IMG/VR virus record: IMGVR_UViG_3300037201_000018
Span: 30,384 to 94,383 of that record
Length of the DNA stretch: 64,000 nt
Source of the DNA: a virus
Strand: one strand, 5' to 3'
Part shown: in pieces, positions 54,018-63,655 of the stretch
How the letters are laid out: every line of letters begins with the position of its first letter
Numbering within the stretch: position 1 is the first letter of the stretch
Notes under the pieces: generated by a model
The model's database searches: none
Told to the model about the DNA's origin: nothing
Seen by the model: only the letters and a program-made list of their open reading frames with translations
Translations under genes and position numbers: made by a program

Positions 54018-55469
54018 ATGACGATAGCCCCAACAACTTTCTGGTTTCCCACAGGCAGCTCTCAGCCTCCGATCATCTCCGGCCAGTTCGTCACGACGTC
54101 CGGCACGAACATGATGCTCGGGGCGAATCGCTTCGTCGGCATCGGTGTGAACTGCACCATCTGGTCGATCGCCCGCACGACTGCTGCCAACCTCACGTCG
54201 CAGGTCAAGAACCTCGCGGTCGCTGGCGTTCGTTACGTCAGGATCAACGACGACGACGGGCTCCTGACCGAGAACCTGTTTAACTCGGGCAACGTACCAC
54301 AGACGAGCACGCTTCAGCTCGACCCTCTGATGATGAACCAACTCTGCTTGTTTGTCTCGATCTGCCGGGCGAACGACATCAGGGTGCTCCCGACGTTGCA
54401 CGAACTTCGGCAATGCGTCCCCTCTGACATGCCGGCCGGGATCGGTCCCGAGTGGAACGAGTTGATGACGCTCCGTTCGGGGATCGGTACGTCACCGCTC
54501 GGCACGCTTCCGCCGCTGCACTGGGTCAGCGCTCCACTGCAAGCCATGATGCTAGCGACCGACACGCAGATCATGTCCTATCCTGATCCGTACAACGGAA
54601 ACAAGCCACTCGGTCAGAACGAAGCGATTCTCGGCTTCACGCTGTCGAACGAAGTGTCGCTCGTCAAGTACGGTCCCTACGGTAATCCGGTCTTCTCGTC
54701 GCTGGCATTGGCGGCCGAGCAGGCATGGGCCGCGGTTAACCACATACCGTGGACGGGACCGTACACCCTAAACAAAGCGAAAATTGCACAGTGCCTAGCG
54801 ACGATCGAATCGACCGTGCTCGCCGCGCGCGTCGCCAATGCACGCAAACTGACGCCGGCTCTCATCCTTGCTAGTACGTTCTTCGGAGACTCGCCATATT
54901 CGACCCTCGTCTCACAGGAAGTCGGCGATGCCTACGACTGCCACGTCTACAGTTACGACTCGACCAGCGAGACGAACAGATTCTTGGTCGTGCCACCTGG
55001 TGCACAGCGGACGCCGTTCGCCGCAATCCTCGGCGGGTGCTCGTGGCCCGGCAAGCCACTGTGCTGCACCGAGTTCGGCTTCGTGAATCAGGCCGGCAAC
55101 GCACTCGACCCACCAGCCGAGCAAGCTGTCGAGATGGCAGCAGCGATCGACACGATGCGAGAGCAAGACGTGCAGCTTGGCTCCTGCTACGCCTGGGGCG
55201 AGGGTCCGATGCAGGACGACGCATTCACGAAGACCGGCGTGTACGACATCCGCGTGAACGCTCTGCTCTGCGGCCAGATGCTGGCAGCGATCGAGCGATT
55301 CAACGATCTTACGCAGCGACCGACGACGTCAGTGAACGTGTCGCCGACGAACGGCGTCTACGGTGCACTGGTCGGGTCGCCGCTCGAATACTCGATCTAC
55401 GGGCCGACGAATGACCCAGCGTTGCTGAATGTCCCAGCTGGGCAGAAGATCGTGATGGTAATCCCATGA
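54018..55469 (+). CDS. clan GH-A glycoside hydrolase (GH5-like)
   Basis: FVGIGVN, GVRYVRI, L.NE (acid/base), DCHVY, TEFG (nucleophile) and YAW motifs. Confidence 0.7.
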   Translation: MTIAPTTFWFPTGSSQPPIISGQFVTTSGTNMMLGANRFVGIGVNCTIWSIARTTAANLTSQVKNLAVAGVRYVRINDDDGLLTENLFNSGNVPQTSTLQLDPLMMNQLCLFVSICRANDIRVLPTLHELRQCVPSDMPAGIGPEWNELMTLRSGIGTSPLGTLPPLHWVSAPLQAMMLATDTQIMSYPDPYNGNKPLGQNEAILGFTLSNEVSLVKYGPYGNPVFSSLALAAEQAWAAVNHIPWTGPYTLNKAKIAQCLATIESTVLAARVANARKLTPALILASTFFGDSPYSTLVSQEVGDAYDCHVYSYDSTSETNRFLVVPPGAQRTPFAAILGGCSWPGKPLCCTEFGFVNQAGNALDPPAEQAVEMAAAIDTMREQDVQLGSCYAWGEGPMQDDAFTKTGVYDIRVNALLCGQMLAAIERFNDLTQRPTTSVNVSPTNGVYGALVGSPLEYSIYGPTNDPALLNVPAGQKIVMVIP

Positions 55470-55641
55470 CAAAAGACCAGGGGAACCTAGTTATTGGCCT
55501 GTTGCTGATCCTCATCGGTCAGACGGAGACGAGCGGAATTTGGTGGAAGAGCGGTTGGTATCTGATCGCTGGGATCTTCTTGCTGCTTTCGTCCTTCGAT
55601 CACGATGTATTTACTTCAGTCACTCGAAAAGGTTAAAATAG

Positions 55642-56026
55642 GGCACTTATCTACTTGGCTCATCACGGTTGAAAAATGGCGAATAAAGCTCCCAGACCTC
55701 GCAAGCCGAACATGAGCCACGATCACGGCGGCCTGGATTATGGAATCGCCCAGGCCGTTGAGATTCTCAGGGGCGGCGGCATCGAAACGATCCAATCGTG
55801 CGAGGGGGGGCCAGGCCATTCCTATCCTGAGCCAACAGTTGAGTTCCGCGGTTCGGACGCTGCCGGTTGGCATGCGATTGGTATCTGCCTTGACCACGGA
55901 TTGCCGGTGTTGGAGCTGCGTCGAGTCTGGACGGTCGGAGGACTTGATCGCGTGCCGACCGGGCCTCACTGGGCGATCGTGTTCCGAGAGAGAATTGGTT
56001 TGAGATGAGTCAAGTATATAAGTGCC
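55642..56026. mobile_element. non-autonomous IS-like cassette (23-bp terminal inverted repeats, 8-bp target duplication) carrying a passenger ORF
   Basis: GGCACTTATCTACTTGGCTCATC / GATGAGTCAAGTATATAAGTGCC (21/23). Flanks TAAAATAG / TAAAGTAG. Confidence 0.7.
55676..56008 (+). CDS. passenger hypothetical protein
   Basis: LD.GI..AV..L...GIET.QSCEGG.GH motif; stop codon lies inside the right inverted repeat. Confidence 0.6.
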   Translation: MANKAPRPRKPNMSHDHGGLDYGIAQAVEILRGGGIETIQSCEGGPGHSYPEPTVEFRGSDAAGWHAIGICLDHGLPVLELRRVWTVGGLDRVPTGPHWAIVFRERIGLR

Positions 56027-56063
56027 TAAAGTAGGTGCGTAGTCTCTCGTCGAGGCTGCTCCT

Positions 56064-56118
56064 GAAGACCGCGTCGGTCGGTTTGTTAAATGCTCATTCT
56101 GGCCGACGCGGTTCTTTA
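56064..56118 (+). terminator. stem-loop / probable terminator
   Basis: ACCGCGTCGGTC/GGCCGACGCGGT stem followed by TCTTT. Confidence 0.5.
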
Positions 56119-56312
56119 CTCGATTGAAAGTGAACTTAAATGATCGAAATCTTCAGCGAGTGGGTCGTCGTCGGGGCTTGCCGAGTGAAGTACGGCTCGT
56201 TCAACGACCGGAAGAGAGCCGACGAGTACGCCTCGTTCATGACATCGACGAGAGGACTTACGTGTCGAGTGGTGCATCGGGATCAATTGAAATCTGTCTC
56301 AGGAGCTAAGTG

Positions 56313-56636
56313 ATGAAGAGATTACTAATGACCGCAGCAGTGTGTCTATTTCTGGCTGGGGTGATTGCGTTTGGATTTGGAGCGATCTTAGCGTTTGGGG
56401 TTTATCACGAGGTGAACTTAACGCCGGGGCAACGGGTTGAGAGGAACCAGCAATGGAAGGTGGGGGGTGAACAAGAGGTTGCAGCGAAGGCTAAGGAGGA
56501 GCAAGATCAGAAGGATGTGAACGAGGTCATCGATTCAGTCAGAGGTAACAAGTCCCGTGAGGAGTGGAAGGAAGAACAGGCGAAGAGTTCAATTGAGCAT
56601 CAAAAGAAATTGTACGGCCCACACTGGAATGACTAG
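56313..56636 (+). CDS. membrane-anchored hypothetical protein
   Basis: N-terminal hydrophobic segment; AGGAG RBS. Confidence 0.55.
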   Translation: MKRLLMTAAVCLFLAGVIAFGFGAILAFGVYHEVNLTPGQRVERNQQWKVGGEQEVAAKAKEEQDQKDVNEVIDSVRGNKSREEWKEEQAKSSIEHQKKLYGPHWND

Positions 56637-56821
56637 AGGAAGACAGCTACTTAGGAACGAACGATGAAACTGGATGAACACGATAGAGCGGAAGCCCTCT
56701 CAATTCAGAAGATGGCAGGAAGCAAAAGAGGAAGAGACTGAGGCCGTAAGCAAAGTGTCGTTGGCAGAAGAAGAACTGAAATCGTTTGGCGTCGATCCGA
56801 ATGGTCCACCAGATTGGTTAG

Positions 56822-57100
56822 ATGACTGAAACTAAGATGTCTAAACTGGTAAGTCGGAAGTCTTCTACGGTTCTTGAGAGGGTGGTGGAAGAAATGATCT
56901 TCCTCAAGGAGGAGACCCCGTTCCGTCGTTGCTACGTCGTGGAGTGGAAGGTGAGCGGTATCGAAGGCGTCTTCAGCAAGGACTGGTGCATCAACACCCG
57001 TAGGTTTGACGACATGTGGAAAGACGACGCTCGGTTTCATCTCAAGAGAGCCGTGGAGCTGAGAGTCGCTGAACAAATTCTTGAAGGGAGCAAACGATGA
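56822..57100 (+). CDS. hypothetical protein
   Basis: Packed ORF. Confidence 0.45.
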   Translation: MTETKMSKLVSRKSSTVLERVVEEMIFLKEETPFRRCYVVEWKVSGIEGVFSKDWCINTRRFDDMWKDDARFHLKRAVELRVAEQILEGSKR

Positions 57101-57738
57101 AACTGTTACTGACGTTCTGTTGCGTGCTGTGTCTGAGTTCGGAGTGCCTGGCGGGTGAGCCCTCGGTCAAGGAGCTACGCAAGGCTGCTCAGGCGGCGGA
57201 ATCCAAGGAGAAGGACCGCTGCTGGAGGATCGGGACTCTCCATCTGGAAGCGACCAAGAAGTACTACGCGATGCCCGGCATCTCCGACAAGGTCTTCATC
57301 ATGGTCCGTGCGCAGGAGGAGGGTCTTGACAGGTACATCAAGGAGCTGGAGAAGGAGTTTGGTGTCAAGATTCAGAAGTTGGAGACTTACTGGGACGAGA
57401 AGGGCGTCAAGTCTGCCTTGGACTCGCTGACGGCCTCTCACTCCGAAGCCCAGTTCTCTGATCGGGAGCGGAAGTTCGTCGTACTGTGCGTGGCTCGGTA
57501 CTACTACAATGGGGTCTACCACTTAAGCCACTATCACGATCCTGCGGAGTCCTCTCTCGTCAAGGAGGATATTGACCAACACGGAGACAAGATCGTCCCT
57601 GGTCTGATCTACGGCAGTCGGGAGGACCTGACGAACTACGTCAACGAGCTGAGGTCTCAGGTTCGCACCGTCCACCTCTCGCTGCTGAATTCTGGTAAGA
57701 TCAAGGCCGAACGAGTGACCCAAAGACAGGAACGATAG
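57097..57738 (+). CDS. secreted hypothetical protein
   Basis: Signal-peptide-like MKLLLTFCCVLCLSSECLA. Confidence 0.55.
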   Translation: MKLLLTFCCVLCLSSECLAGEPSVKELRKAAQAAESKEKDRCWRIGTLHLEATKKYYAMPGISDKVFIMVRAQEEGLDRYIKELEKEFGVKIQKLETYWDEKGVKSALDSLTASHSEAQFSDRERKFVVLCVARYYYNGVYHLSHYHDPAESSLVKEDIDQHGDKIVPGLIYGSREDLTNYVNELRSQVRTVHLSLLNSGKIKAERVTQRQER

Positions 57739-58004
57739 TGATGGCTGTACAGTACATGGAGACCCTGGACACAGTGGAAGGAGTCAAGAGAGAGCTTGGG
57801 CGTCTGGAAGCAGAACGCAGTGGTCTCAACAGGCAGATATCAGAATTGAATAGTTCGCTAGAGTCGACAGTAGAAGGTGACAGGATATTCTACTTCGTTG
57901 ATGATGACACGTTGGCGCTCTCGGGCTCTGGTAACAGTGGATTCCTGAAACGATCCGCAGATGGTGAGGAATTAAAAGTTGTTCTCCATGTTTGGATGAG
58001 CTAA
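57738..58004 (+). CDS. hypothetical protein
   Basis: Packed ORF. Confidence 0.45.
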   Translation: MMAVQYMETLDTVEGVKRELGRLEAERSGLNRQISELNSSLESTVEGDRIFYFVDDDTLALSGSGNSGFLKRSADGEELKVVLHVWMS

Positions 58005-58096
58005 AGAAGAGACTGATGGAAATTACGATAGTTCAGTGGGAGATCAGTCCTCCGATTACACTACATTTCCAATGGCCCCCTTTAGGGAATAAACTG

Positions 58097-58417
58097 ATGA
58101 AAACTGAGACGAGTGAGAAGGTTCAGCTGAGGCCGATCGGGGAGCAGGTTCTGATCAGGAGGGACGACGCCGAGGAGAAGAGTCCAGGAGGGATCGCCTT
58201 CGCTGACAGTTCAAAGACGAAGCCCAGTCGAGGCAAGGTGATCGCGGTCGGGACTGGGCTCGTGAAGGAAGACGGGTTCGTCGTGCCGACGCAGGTCGCC
58301 GTGGGTGACCGAGTCGTGTTCGGGGTGTATGCCGCGCAGGAGGTCGAGATCGAGGGAACCGAGTTGCTCCTGGTCAAAGAGTCCAACATCTTCGCTGTCA
58401 TTGAAGGGAAAGAGTGA
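58097..58417 (+). CDS. groES: co-chaperonin GroES
   Basis: LRPIGEQVLIRR..AEEKSPGGI; G.VIAVG.G; V.VGD.V.F..YA..EV.I.G.E.LLVKE..IFAVI. Confidence 0.93.
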   Translation: MKTETSEKVQLRPIGEQVLIRRDDAEEKSPGGIAFADSSKTKPSRGKVIAVGTGLVKEDGFVVPTQVAVGDRVVFGVYAAQEVEIEGTELLLVKESNIFAVIEGKE

Positions 58418-58898
58418 TGAAGAACGAACGACGCATCATGCCTGAGGAAGCTTGGGAGGCCTACTGTCTATCAAGACTTGAGCCAGCGCATAATCAGTAC
58501 TCCAGGTGCATTATCGGCGCGATTTCTAGGGTTTCTGGCGTCCCTGAGGGGAAAGAGAGTTCAGCCGCTGAGAAGGCTTATGGATTCTCTTACTCAATCG
58601 GGTTCGGGATCTTCGGGGTGGGTCTTGGCGGGTCAAAAGACAGCCGGGTCAAGTTCAATAGGACGAGATCCGTTCTTCTCTAGCTGTCTATACCGATCTC
58701 ATTGCCGATCATCCTCCTGTTCTACCTGTTCTGTCTCTCCACGAAGCGAGGACGGCTCGGAATCGAGGACGGCAAGAACGCATGGACTTACGTTTGGGCG
58801 TGTTGGAACTTGATCGGCAGGAAGTGGCCCGAGATCCTAGAGAAGTCGTTCGTCAAGGAGTCCAACATTTTCGCTGTCATTGAAGGGAAAGAGTGATG
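58373..58898 (+). repeat. 47-bp direct repeat of the groES 3' end flanking an inserted segment
   Basis: 58373-58419 vs 58852-58898, 45/47 identical. Confidence 0.9.
58417..58896 (+). pseudogene. membrane-protein ORF interrupted by an in-frame TAG (58681-58683)
   Basis: ORFs 58414..58683 and 58702..58896 are in the same frame, separated by a single amber codon. Confidence 0.45.
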
Positions 58899-59270
58899 GC
58901 CGACAAGAGAAGCTTCGATCGATGTATTGACAACATCAGCTTCAACGAGGTTCGCGATGAGTTCAATGAACTGTGGGATCAGTCTCTTCAACTCGAAGCG
59001 GAGAGAGACTCACTGAAGGAAGAAGTTGAGAGCCTCAAGGAGCAACTCGAAGAGCAGGAGAAACTGATAAATGGCGAATTCGGTATGCGAAAGAAGGATC
59101 ATTACAACGACGTTGGACCGGGAGAGACCCACTGCGAAAAGGGCGATCCGATGAAAGAACAGACTTACATGGCACCTCAGCTGCATACGGCGCAGCATCT
59201 GCTCGCGCTCAGCGGGCATAACCTGGAGTATGCGATCCAGACGTTGCAGATCGTAGCTCATCTCGGTTGA
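58896..59270 (+). CDS. hypothetical coiled-coil protein
   Basis: TGATG coupling with the upstream stop. Confidence 0.5.
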   Translation: MADKRSFDRCIDNISFNEVRDEFNELWDQSLQLEAERDSLKEEVESLKEQLEEQEKLINGEFGMRKKDHYNDVGPGETHCEKGDPMKEQTYMAPQLHTAQHLLALSGHNLEYAIQTLQIVAHLG

Positions 59271-59486
59271 AAGGATTCTCGGCATGAATAACCTAACTAA
59301 CGATCCGCGATCGAATTTTTCGTTGAATCCAAATCTTCGTAAAGTAGTCAGCGTTGATGGTAGAGTTGTCGAGATTGATTCGATGGCTGCGAAGGACGGG
59401 CGGAGGTGTCCTGTGTGTGATAGTCAGTCGTGTACGAAGGCGTGGGACGATTGTGCGAGTTGTGACACGGAGCGAGGGAGCGGCTG

Positions 59487-59834
59487 ATGGCTTGGGACGA
59501 GTTCTATCGCAAGCTGGAGAAGAAGGTCTTAGGTGACGTCTTGGGAGAGTCCTCGTTCACGAACTCGGCTGTGAGTACATCTGACTTCAGTCTGGAGTCG
59601 GTCAAGCGGACGATGGACGAACTCAACGGGTTAATGAAGCACGGCGCTGACGTCCTCTTGCTGACGAGCGAGGTCTTCGATCTGCTGAAGGTCGTAGTGC
59701 CTGCCGCTGAGTCGGTGTCTGGCGTGTCTGTCTTCGGGATTCCGTATGAGGTGTTCCCGACTCTGGCTGAGTTGGGTGTCAGAGCGATGGAGCTGTACGA
59801 ACAAGGTAAGCGGGTTGCGATCGTCGACAGGTAA
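59487..59834 (+). CDS. hypothetical protein
   Basis: GAGGGAG RBS. Confidence 0.5.
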   Translation: MAWDEFYRKLEKKVLGDVLGESSFTNSAVSTSDFSLESVKRTMDELNGLMKHGADVLLLTSEVFDLLKVVVPAAESVSGVSVFGIPYEVFPTLAELGVRAMELYEQGKRVAIVDR

Positions 59835-60157
59835 TGTCCTATGCCAAATCAACTGATCAAGGTCTGCGATCACTGCGGTTACTACTACGTGAGCTGGCCA
59901 GGTCGAGAAGCTTCCTCTTACTATCGAAAAGAAATTGGATCTCGATTCTGCGGGCGCTATTGCTACCATGAAGCCCGAGTCCACGCCAAGGCGGGAAGAG
60001 AGATATACCTCTTACTGTATGAGTACGAAACTAGCTATCCAAGTGACAATCTTGTTGTTGGGGTGAGCTTGAATCCTAGAGTTTTTCATAGTACTGGTAC
60101 TCAGCAAGTCTTTGTGTCGTTTGTCGTAGAAAACTGGAACTTAAAGAAGGAAATGAC

Positions 60158-60472
60158 ATGGTTAAGAATTCAGGAACAGCAAGTGATCGTTTGTCGACTG
60201 ACGAAGATCGTAACGGAGTTGCTTCTCGTTCGGGCACCGGGCTTGACTCAATGCGAGGACTCCGAAGCAGAGAAGTTCTTGCGCAAGGCGTCGAGAGCGT
60301 TGCGGGAGCAGCTCGACTGGCTATTGCAACTGCAGAGGACATGGTCCATGGCTGCTTGAGTCCGCACGAGGCGACTGTGTTGAACACAACGGCTGGGAGG
60401 ATCTTGAAGGCATCTGAGTTGTACCTCAAATACGCGAGGGCAGACAATAAGCAACTCGGGCTTCCTAAGTGA
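60158..60472 (+). CDS. hypothetical protein
   Basis: AAGGA RBS; overlaps an alternative ORF at 59841..60359. Confidence 0.4.
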   Translation: MVKNSGTASDRLSTDEDRNGVASRSGTGLDSMRGLRSREVLAQGVESVAGAARLAIATAEDMVHGCLSPHEATVLNTTAGRILKASELYLKYARADNKQLGLPK

Positions 60473-60577
60473 CTACGCTTGTCAAACCAACGGGCGGAAA
60501 GGACTCCGCTCTTCTCTTGTTGTGATCTAATGTGGATAAGAGGTTAGAGTCAGTTAACTTCTATTTACTGAGATGCG

Positions 60578-61204
60578 ATGGGAACGACACTGCTGAAGAA
60601 CAAGAAGTCCGGTGTCAGCATTGATTCGCTGCCGCAGCAGATGCAGGCGTTCGTGATGGCGATCATGGGGCAGTCGCTCTGGAACTTCGCGGAGGCTGCC
60701 CGTACTGCTGGTTACAAGCACGCGAAGATCGCCGCCAATCGTCTGATCCACGATCCACGAGTCGCTGCTGTCTTGGGTCGGGAGATGCGTCGTCGCAACG
60801 AACGAGCGAGGATGACTGCCCTGGAGATCGAGGCTCAAGTCGAGTACGAGTCGTTCTTCGATTTCATTGACCTCTGCGACGAGGACGGGTTCATCGTGAC
60901 AGACGACTTGAGGAAGATTCCAGCTGAGGTTCGTCGTTGCATCAACGGCGTCGAGGCGATCGAGATCGAGCACCGAGATAGAGACGGAAACGTGACGGAT
61001 GTCGAGCGTAAGATGAAGCTGAAGGTCATCGACAAGATATCAGCACAGAACCTGTTAGCTAAGATCCGCGGGATGGTCAACCCGACCGAGAACAACGTGA
61101 CGTTGAACGTCGGAGTCGTTCAGCAGGTTCTCGCCGAGAGGGTCGAGGAGCGGGGCAAGAGTCACCTGATCAAGGCCAGGATCGAGCAGGAGAAGACGAA
61201 GTGA
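60578..61204 (+). CDS. terminase small subunit
   Basis: F......N..EAAR.AGY..A...A.RL...P.V; ...K.K..DK..A..LLAK..G. Confidence 0.8.
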   Translation: MGTTLLKNKKSGVSIDSLPQQMQAFVMAIMGQSLWNFAEAARTAGYKHAKIAANRLIHDPRVAAVLGREMRRRNERARMTALEIEAQVEYESFFDFIDLCDEDGFIVTDDLRKIPAEVRRCINGVEAIEIEHRDRDGNVTDVERKMKLKVIDKISAQNLLAKIRGMVNPTENNVTLNVGVVQQVLAERVEERGKSHLIKARIEQEKTK

Positions 61205-61536
61205 CATACGAGTTCGCTCTGTTCTTGACCTTAGTTGTCATGCTGCTACTCGCGATCTACTGCGGTCGTCCGGCTCTGGTCGACAGTTCAGGGATGAGGG
61301 TCTATTACCGAGGAAAGATCAGAAGCGCTCGTTGGGCTCTTGTTAATGGCGTGAGGTTGGGAGCTACAAGAACTGTAGACTTCAAGACTTTCATGCCAGA
61401 GAAACTGAGAGAGTACGACAGGAATCAGAACGCTCCTCCAAGGATGGTCGAGATCCCAATCGAGGAAGACCCAATCCACATGTACAAAGAACAGTACCAA
61501 GCAGAAGATGGCACCTGGTTAGATAGGGATTTTTAG
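61201..61536 (+). CDS. hypothetical membrane-anchored protein
   Basis: N-terminal hydrophobic helix. Confidence 0.45.
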   Translation: MTYEFALFLTLVVMLLLAIYCGRPALVDSSGMRVYYRGKIRSARWALVNGVRLGATRTVDFKTFMPEKLREYDRNQNAPPRMVEIPIEEDPIHMYKEQYQAEDGTWLDRDF

Positions 61537-61537
61537 T

Positions 61538-62194
61538 TTGATAGACGTCATACAGCGTACAGTCGGCGACTACGACCTTCACGAGTGGGCCATGAAGCCG
61601 CTCGCGTTCGCTAACTGGCTGTGGCCCGACGTCTCGTTCTACGAGCAGCAAGAAGAGATCATCGAGTCAGTGAGGGACGTCAAGGAGACCTACGTCGTCG
61701 CTGGGAACAAACTCGGCAAAGACTTCGTCGCCGGGTTCATCGTGCTGTGGTTCTTCCTGACCCGCAATCCTTGCAAGATCATCACGACGTCCGCCAAGGA
61801 CCAGCATCTCATCGTCCTCTGGAGTGAGATTAGTTGGTTCATTCGTCACGCTCGCTTCCCGTTGGACTACGAACGTGGTGGAGTCCTCAAGGTCAACCAG
61901 CGTGAGCTGTGGAAGTACGAAGGCAACGCGATAGACAAGGGGAGCTACGTTCAGGGCATGGTAGCCTCCGACGACTCAATCGCCGCGATGGGGGGTCACC
62001 ACGCGGTTCCCAAGATCCCTGACGGATTGCCTCACAGCCTGTTCCTGACGGACGAAGTGAGTTCAGTTAGGAACGCCTGCTACGACGTCGCCTCCGGCTG
62101 GTTCGAGCGGGGCTTCTTCTTCGGTAACGCTTGGGAATGTAACAACTGGTGGAAGACGAACTTCAAGAAGGGCGACCTGAGGATCTCGGTCTAG
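61538..62194 (+). CDS. terminase large subunit, N-terminal ATPase part
   Basis: Q.EII; VVAGNKLGKDF (Walker A); LFLTDE (Walker B); FFGN (motif III). Confidence 0.8.
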   Translation: MIDVIQRTVGDYDLHEWAMKPLAFANWLWPDVSFYEQQEEIIESVRDVKETYVVAGNKLGKDFVAGFIVLWFFLTRNPCKIITTSAKDQHLIVLWSEISWFIRHARFPLDYERGGVLKVNQRELWKYEGNAIDKGSYVQGMVASDDSIAAMGGHHAVPKIPDGLPHSLFLTDEVSSVRNACYDVASGWFERGFFFGNAWECNNWWKTNFKKGDLRISV

Positions 62195-62203
62195 GAGCGA
62201 GCG

Positions 62204-63280
62204 ATGTTGAGAAGAGACTTCCTGAAGTTCTTGGCGTGCGTTCCTATCCTACCAAATTTGATGACTGCTGGGTCTTCTCCGAGAAGGGCCGTGTCGATGG
62301 GTGTCGTAACGAGAGAGACGACTAGGCTCGTCAGGAAGTGCATTCGTATCAAGGCTGAGGACAGTCCCAACGTCCAGCTCGGATTGGCTCAGCGCGCGAG
62401 AGGGATTGCGCCAACCAATGAGGTGATCGTTCCTGGTGTACTGACTTATGCAGAGTATGTTGAGAGGCGAGCCACGAAGGACAAGGTTTGGCAGTGCGTC
62501 TCCCTCGACGCCGACTGGTATGAGGGTGCCGAGAACCTGCTGTATCCTCCCGAGTGGCTGAACTACGCTGAGACGGTCGCTGACCAATTGGAAGGAACGA
62601 ACCGAGTGGCGACTTCGATGGGCGTCGACCCTGGCGAGGGAGTCGCCTCGACCGTGTGGTGTATCATCGACAAGTTGGGCCTGATGCACTTGCTCTCGCT
62701 GAAGACACCTGATACCTCAACGATCCCAGCCCAGACGATTGCCTTGCTAAATACATTCCACCTGTCTCCTGAGAAGTGCTTCTTCGACCGCGGCGGGGGC
62801 GGCAAGCAGCACGCGGATAGACTGAGAACATTGGGCTACGACGTCCAGACGGTCGCGTTCGGTGAGACGGTGACGCAGGAGCTGAAGCGAGGGATGACGC
62901 TGTTTCCTGAACGTAAAGAACTACAGGAAGAGAAGTACGTCTACAAGAACCGGCGAGCACAGATGTACGGGGAACTCTCACTGCTGCTCGACCCCCAGTT
63001 TGACGTTTCAACGGGGCTTCCTAAAAGAGAGATAACCTTCGCGCTGCCGAGACGCTATACTGAGCTACGGAGGCAGCTCGCTCCCGTGCCGAAGTGGTAC
63101 GACGACGAGGGTAGACTGTTCCTGCCTCCGAAGCAGAGGAAGCCCGGACTGGTGAACGAGCAGAAAACCAAGACCATGATCGACTTGATCGGTTGCAGTC
63201 CAGACGAAGCTGACGCGCTCGTCTTGGCCGTCTACGGGTTACAGGTCAAGCCTCAGATGGTCGCGGGGAGGGCGTTCTGA
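62204..63280 (+). CDS. terminase large subunit, C-terminal nuclease part, with a Tat-like N-terminal leader
   Basis: I.AEDSPNV; MGVDPGEG; FDRGGGG...ADRLR; YKNRRAQMY; SPDEADALVLA. Confidence 0.8.
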   Translation: MLRRDFLKFLACVPILPNLMTAGSSPRRAVSMGVVTRETTRLVRKCIRIKAEDSPNVQLGLAQRARGIAPTNEVIVPGVLTYAEYVERRATKDKVWQCVSLDADWYEGAENLLYPPEWLNYAETVADQLEGTNRVATSMGVDPGEGVASTVWCIIDKLGLMHLLSLKTPDTSTIPAQTIALLNTFHLSPEKCFFDRGGGGKQHADRLRTLGYDVQTVAFGETVTQELKRGMTLFPERKELQEEKYVYKNRRAQMYGELSLLLDPQFDVSTGLPKREITFALPRRYTELRRQLAPVPKWYDDEGRLFLPPKQRKPGLVNEQKTKTMIDLIGCSPDEADALVLAVYGLQVKPQMVAGRAF

Positions 63281-63648
63281 TGAGAGCAGAAAAGGTTGGG
63301 GGTCGCTGGGATGGATTGAAATCCGAACTGACGTCTTCAAGTCCGTCCGAGTTGGACGAAGTCACGTCGCTCGGAGACTTTGACACAGAAGCGGCTCAGT
63401 TCAGGAAGATCCTCGAAGAGAAACCTGAGCTACCGACGAACGCCTTCTCTCGGTCTTGGTACAATCAGTTCAACAGGCTCTGCGTTCTAGTCGGAACTCA
63501 ATCTGGCGTCAGTCAAACCGAGGACTACGAAGCGAGGAAGCTACTTCGCGAATCTCACCCAGAGTACGAGGAAGTATGGAACCTGATGGATGACTTGATC
63601 TTCAGTGGTTATTTTCTCAAGCGACCGTCGTGGGAAAGAAACGACTGA
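63280..63648 (+). CDS. hypothetical protein
   Basis: Coupled to the TerL stop. Confidence 0.45.
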   Translation: MRAEKVGGRWDGLKSELTSSSPSELDEVTSLGDFDTEAAQFRKILEEKPELPTNAFSRSWYNQFNRLCVLVGTQSGVSQTEDYEARKLLRESHPEYEEVWNLMDDLIFSGYFLKRPSWERND

Positions 63649-63655
63649 CCAACTC

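Noticed and set aside
58681-62194. Genome-wide TAG recoding suggested by two in-frame amber codons
   Set aside because: Several well-defined genes (tail tube, csrA, distal tail, SprT-like) end at TAG at expected lengths, and no suppressor tRNA was found.
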